From Gemmatimonadota bacterium (GTDB lineage: Bacteria > Latescibacterota > UBA2968 > UBA8231), in NCBI GenBank assembly GCA_038128265.1, contig JAYPJE010000056.1, positions 1-11,615 of the forward strand: DNA of 11,615 bases. The letters are read 5' to 3'. The position numbers and the translations under genes were made by a program. This document shows positions 8,444-11,615 of the stretch, piece after piece (position 1 is the stretch's first letter; the number at the start of each line of letters is the position of its first letter). Under the pieces are notes generated by a model. The model had not been told where the DNA came from, did no database searches, and saw only the letters and a program-made list of their open reading frames with translations.

Positions 8444-8541
8444 CTGGATGTAAAAATGTCGATATCACTTTACGAGGAACTACGCCTTTTCGGCGCCATT
8501 TTTAAGGTGGTGGCAATGGGCCCCTTTGTCAAGCTGTTCTC

Positions 8542-8570
8542 TTGACTTATAAACCCATACAGCCTATTTT
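8542..8570 (+). promoter_or_regulatory. Putative sigma70-type promoter of rpmB
   Basis: TTGACT (8542-8547), 17-nt spacer, TATTTT (8565-8570), followed by SD AGGAG at 8585-8589 and ATG at 8598. Confidence 0.7.
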
Positions 8571-8597
8571 TTGGAGTCTTTTATAGGAGAAGTCAAA

Positions 8598-8825
8598 ATG
8601 GCCAGAAAGTGTAGCTTAACGGGCAAAAAGGGACTGGTTGGAAACAACGTCAGTCACTCGCAGCGCAAGACCAAGCGCGTTCAACAGCCCAATCTCATCA
8701 CCAAACGCCTGTACATACCCGAAGAAGATCGCACCGTTACCGTGCGGCTCTCAGCCCGCGCCCTGCGCACGCTCAACAAAAAGGGTATTCAGAAGTTCTT
8801 GAAGGACGAGGGGCTTTCGCTGTAG
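8598..8825 (+). CDS. rpmB: 50S ribosomal protein bL28, 75 aa
   Basis: MARKCSLTGKKGLVGNNVSHSQRKTKRVQQPNL...VRLSARALRTL is the classic L28 signature. SD AGGAG lies 8 nt upstream of ATG 8598. Confidence 0.97.
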   Translation: MARKCSLTGKKGLVGNNVSHSQRKTKRVQQPNLITKRLYIPEEDRTVTVRLSARALRTLNKKGIQKFLKDEGLSL

Positions 8826-8850
8826 AACAGCACGGCGAGAACGCATCGCG

Positions 8851-8891
8851 AGAGACGGGTACTGGCTTGGCGCCGGAACCCGTTTTTTGTT
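8851..8891 (+). terminator. Probable intrinsic terminator of rpmB
   Basis: ACGGGT-A-CTGGC-(TTGGC)-GCCGG-A-ACCCGT hairpin (8855-8883, one G-U pair, one mismatch) followed by TTTTTGTT. Confidence 0.75.
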
Positions 8892-8912
8892 GTGCTCACG
8901 GGCGTGAGCACA
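8891..8912. repeat. Perfect 10-bp inverted repeat
   Basis: TGTGCTCACG-GG-CGTGAGCACA, directly after the terminator T-tract and between convergent genes. Confidence 0.85.
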
Positions 8913-8989
8913 GCGCGCGGCGGCGCGGACGTCCATGGGCCAGCCGCAGGCGTCCTAGCTGATTGAATCCGCGCACGAACCCACCCGCT

Positions 8990-9292
8990 TTAGATCAGCA
9001 TGTCCTCGATTTCGCGCTGCACCTGTTCGTCGCGTACCTGGTCGATCACCAGTTTAAAGTAGCGCGCCGCGCCGCTGGTAATCAGCCGCTGAATCGCATC
9101 CATTTCCTCTTCGCTATATGCGCCGGACTCTTTAACGAGCTCCATATACTCCGCCTTGGCATCCTTGTCTAGGTCGGAAATCGAAGCCAGCATATCAAAT
9201 AGCTTGTAAGCCGCCTGGCTCTCCAAACAGCGCTCGACGATAAAGGCCAAGCGCTCGTTGCGCACGCTCGTCTGCGTTTCGAGGTTCTCCAT
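8990..9292 (-). CDS. Hypothetical acidic, probably all-helical cytoplasmic protein, 100 aa
   Basis: ATG with AGGA upstream (9302-9305), natural-looking composition with amphipathic helical pattern, and it fills the gap between rpmB and an AT-rich promoter region. No family recognised. Confidence 0.8.
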   Translation of the reverse strand: MENLETQTSVRNERLAFIVERCLESQAAYKLFDMLASISDLDKDAKAEYMELVKESGAYSEEEMDAIQRLITSGAARYFKLVIDQVRDEQVQREIEDMLI

Positions 9293-9294
9293 TT

Positions 9295-9388
9295 TTCACT
9301 GTCCTGCAAAGTGGTTTCACGTCGGGAAGATCCCGCACATGCCCCACATAGCAAGGATCGGACCGCCGCCACACACGGATACAGTAAA
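9295..9388 (-). promoter_or_regulatory. Candidate structured 5' leader (cis-regulatory RNA) covering the SD of the 100-aa gene
   Basis: Nested helices found by eye on the minus strand: UCCUUGC/GCAGGA, GUGG/CCAC, CAUGU/ACGUG, CGGGA/UCCCG, plus outer UUUACUGU/ACAGUGAA. No known RNA family recognised. Confidence 0.45.
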
Positions 9389-9401
9389 GCAAACTAAACA
9401 T

Positions 9402-9430
9402 ATAATAAACAGCTATTTACAATGAATTAA
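9402..9430 (-). promoter_or_regulatory. Possible promoter for the 100-aa gene, in an AT-rich patch
   Basis: Minus strand TTAATT (9430-9425), 17-nt spacer, TATTAT (9407-9402). The -35 match is weak. It would start transcription near 9395, just before the structured leader. Confidence 0.4.
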
Positions 9431-9523
9431 AAACTTTCTCAATTAGATTAACTGACGTACCGCGCGTATTGATAGGGGAAAAAATATCCTACTCGGGTAC
9501 AACTTTTCCCATATCCACGGCGC

Positions 9524-9552
9524 TTGTTGCCAGGAATGGGCTATGCTATTTT
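9524..9552 (+). promoter_or_regulatory. Putative extended -10 promoter of the Trm112-family gene
   Basis: TTGTTG (9524-9529), 17-nt spacer ending TGC, TATTTT (9547-9552). Same -10 hexamer as the rpmB promoter. Confidence 0.5.
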
Positions 9553-9581
9553 TAAACAAACCTTTTGCGAAATGGAACGAT

Positions 9582-9830
9582 ATGATCGATAAGGAACTGC
9601 TGGATATACTCGCCTGCCCAGAAGATAAGTCCCCCGTCCAACTGGCGGATCAAGCGCTGATAGACCAGCTCAACGAGCGCATCGCCAACGGCCAGCTCAG
9701 CAATCGCGGAGGGCAGCAAGTCGAAAAGGCCATCGATGGAGGCCTCGTGCGGGCAGACGGCGCCTACCTCTACCCAATCGACGACGGGATTCCCATCATG
9801 CTTATAGACGAGGCTATTCCCCTGACTTAG
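9582..9830 (+). CDS. Trm112/YcaR (UPF0434)-family protein, 82 aa
   Basis: MIDKELLDILACPEDK...LYPIDDGIPIMLIDEAIPL matches the N- and C-terminal family signatures. Start moved from 9543 to ATG 9582. Confidence 0.92.
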   Translation: MIDKELLDILACPEDKSPVQLADQALIDQLNERIANGQLSNRGGQQVEKAIDGGLVRADGAYLYPIDDGIPIMLIDEAIPLT

Positions 9831-10359
9831 GGAGTATCTCTTCAACTTTGATCAGCGTCTGGCTCCGCTGCTGGTTCTGCAATAACAGCACGCGCACGCC
9901 CTGCTTTCGCGCTTCCTCGGCGTAGTTGTCAATTAATTCGACGGTGCGCTGCCTGCGCAGCAGCTTGAGCTCGGCCAAACGGTTAAATCCCTCTTTTGTG
10001 ACGACGCCCAGCGGCTGTCCCTGATAGTATATAGTGTAGGCGCGCACTCCCACATTGGGCTCTTCTGATGGGATAGCGGCGCGTGGCTTCCCGCCGTAGG
10101 TCAACGCCCAGCCAATGATATTGACGAGCACCACCGACAGATCGCTGACCCAAGCAGCCAAATTGAGCCGGTCAAATACCCATAGCGGCACTAGACAAAC
10201 AAGCATTAGACTCGCCATAAAGAAAAACACCAGCCGATGACCGGCCACGTTCAGACCGCGGCGCTTGCGCACGAGCATCGAGCCGATCTGCACCAACGCA
10301 CCGCAGAAAAACAGGGCGAATAACAGCAACATGGCCAATTCGCGCACGCCGCTACTCAA
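9814..10359 (-). CDS. Hypothetical membrane protein: about three N-terminal TM helices and a soluble C-terminal domain, 181 aa
   Basis: Hydrophobic stretches LAMLLLFALFFCGALVQIGSML, LVFFFMASLMLVCLVPLWVF and WVSDLSVVLVNIIGWALTY. Start set at TTG 10359 because AAGGGAGGA lies 6 nt upstream. Its 3' end overlaps the Trm112 gene by 17 bp. Confidence 0.78.
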   Translation of the reverse strand: MSSGVRELAMLLLFALFFCGALVQIGSMLVRKRRGLNVAGHRLVFFFMASLMLVCLVPLWVFDRLNLAAWVSDLSVVLVNIIGWALTYGGKPRAAIPSEEPNVGVRAYTIYYQGQPLGVVTKEGFNRLAELKLLRRQRTVELIDNYAEEARKQGVRVLLLQNQQRSQTLIKVEEILPKSGE

Positions 10360-10533
10360 TTGGAGTCCTCCCTTGCTGGAGCACTGTGCCACCAGAGCAC
10401 GTCATTGCCCCTCCTGCACACAGACGATGGCAAGACGAGAGCAGCCCGCCGTTGCGCAGCAACACGCGCGCCTCCGCAACAGCGACACCGCATCGCATGC
10501 ACGGGCTGCGCACCCGCGCCCTGCTGGTCGGCC

Positions 10534-11615
10534 ATGAGCGACCGAATATTCTGGCCGCTCGTAGCATGTGTGGCCATCATAGCCCATTTCCCGACGCTGG
10601 GCGCTGACTTCGTCAAAGATGATCTGGCACTCATTCTCAGCGCACGTTCGCTACCTAGCCATGCGCTTACCCATTCCTGGCCAGGCGGTTTCTTCCGGCC
10701 GAGTGCCGAGGTGTTTCTGGCACTACAGCGCGCGCTCTTTTCCACCAACGCCCTACCCTATCACGCCGTTTCGCTCCTCATTCACGCCCTGTCGGCGGCT
10801 GCGGCCCACCGCATCTTCGCGCGCCTATCGGACAACGCTCACATCAATCGAAATGCCGCTGCGCTCTTTCTCCTCCACCCTTTGCAAACGGAAAGCGTCA
10901 GTTGGATTTCGGGTCAAATGAGCCAACTTTCTAGTCTGTGTGCTCTATTGACCCTTTACTTCGCGCTGCATAAACACCCCGCAGCCAATGTGGCTATCCT
11001 AGCGGTGGCTGCAGTGGGCATGGGGTTCTACGAGCATTATTTCGTCGCATTCACACTCGTGCTGTTTCTGTGCATCGCCCTCCCCAACGCCCGCTACTAC
11101 ATAACGCGTTGGCGGTTGGCCACACTGCTATTGGGCCTCCCCCTCCTAAGTGCGGGATATGCCTATTGGCGATTTGTCGAGCTCGATCTGCGCGGAGGCA
11201 ACTACGCCCTATCGATTGCGCCCACGGCGATTCTGACAAACGCCACCTATTACGTCTATCTGCTCTTGGGCGGCAGCGCCATCGGCGGACGCATAGCGCA
11301 CTATGCGCCATCGCTCGCCTCTGAGTGGTCTCATATGGCGTATGTAGTCCCCCCCCTACTCATTGCAACTGTAGCCGTCTTATCTGCCGCTTTTGCAATG
11401 CGACGGCACGGCCTGTGCGCTTGGGCGCCGATGCGAGGACTATTGATTGGCATAGCCGCGCTGTTTATCAGTCTGCTGCCAGCGCTCGTCCTATCCGAAC
11501 GCCCGCGACGACTCTCTTACCTCGCCATCGTCTGCTTTGCATTTATACTCTCGCTCGCCATCGCCCAACTGCGCGCCCGTTCTAAGCGGCTCGGACGCGC
11601 TGCGCTGCTCTCCAT
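10534..11615 (+). CDS. GT-C-fold integral membrane glycosyltransferase (TMTC/ArnT/PMT-like), partial; runs off the window end
   Basis: Hand translation, absent from the ORF track, open for ~360 codons: MSDRIFWPLVACVAIIAHFPTLGADFVKDD...GFFRP...YHAVSLLIH...ALFLLHPLQTESVSWISG...GFYE...ERPRRLSY. DD after TM1 (10618-10623) and many TM segments. No clear SD. Confidence 0.85.
   Translation, partial: MSDRIFWPLVACVAIIAHFPTLGADFVKDDLALILSARSLPSHALTHSWPGGFFRPSAEVFLALQRALFSTNALPYHAVSLLIHALSAAAAHRIFARLSDNAHINRNAAALFLLHPLQTESVSWISGQMSQLSSLCALLTLYFALHKHPAANVAILAVAAVGMGFYEHYFVAFTLVLFLCIALPNARYYITRWRLATLLLGLPLLSAGYAYWRFVELDLRGGNYALSIAPTAILTNATYYVYLLLGGSAIGGRIAHYAPSLASEWSHMAYVVPPLLIATVAVLSAAFAMRRHGLCAWAPMRGLLIGIAALFISLLPALVLSERPRRLSYLAIVCFAFILSLAIAQLRARSKRLGRAALLS

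Noticed and set aside
590..8505. Many short plus-strand and alternative-frame ORFs (e.g. 1663-2289, 3622-4146, 7510-7992, 7781-8284)
   Set aside because: They overlap well-supported minus-strand genes, many are R/P/A/S-rich, and none has a recognisable motif. These are typical shadow ORFs in GC-rich DNA.
8598..8825. bL28 lacking the CxxC zinc ribbons, as a possible zinc-starvation paralog
   Set aside because: Single-Cys bL28 is the normal form in many Gram-negative phyla, and no other zinc-free ribosomal paralogs or clear Zur context are present.
9384..9520. AT-rich patch with ATATCCACG (9511-9519) as a possible replication origin
   Set aside because: Only one DnaA-box-like 9-mer with two mismatches and no dnaA/dnaN context. 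Divergent promoters explain the AT richness.
9552..9845. 97-aa minus-strand ORF
   Set aside because: It is antisense to the clearly recognisable Trm112-family gene.
10265..11585. Short ORFs listed at the right end of the window
   Set aside because: They are explained as shadow frames of the membrane protein gene and of the long open frame from 10534 that encodes the GT-C protein.

Overview
GC-rich bacterial chromosomal window, probably from a non-Bacteroidia member of the FCB superphylum (inferred from T9SS genes combined with strong Shine-Dalgarno sites and sigma70-type promoters). Positions 1-8443 hold four co-oriented minus-strand genes for exported proteins: a PorU-like C25-family T9SS sortase, a PorV-like outer-membrane barrel, an M6-peptidase-like/FG-GAP/CTD protein, and a partial HEXXH gluzincin-type protein that the ORF track missed. 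Two catalytic sites are non-canonical. The PorU-like protein has Ser where the C25 nucleophilic Cys is expected, and the M6-like protein has lost most of its zinc-binding motif (KFFGHQLGLPG for HExxHxxGxxD). The right part carries rpmB with its promoter and terminator, a 100-aa hypothetical gene behind a structured, SD-sequestering 5' leader, a Trm112-family gene, a 3-TM membrane protein and a partial TMTC/ArnT-like GT-C glycosyltransferase (also missed by the ORF track). No mobile element, CRISPR array, tRNA or rRNA was seen. All family calls come from motif recognition by eye, not from database searches.
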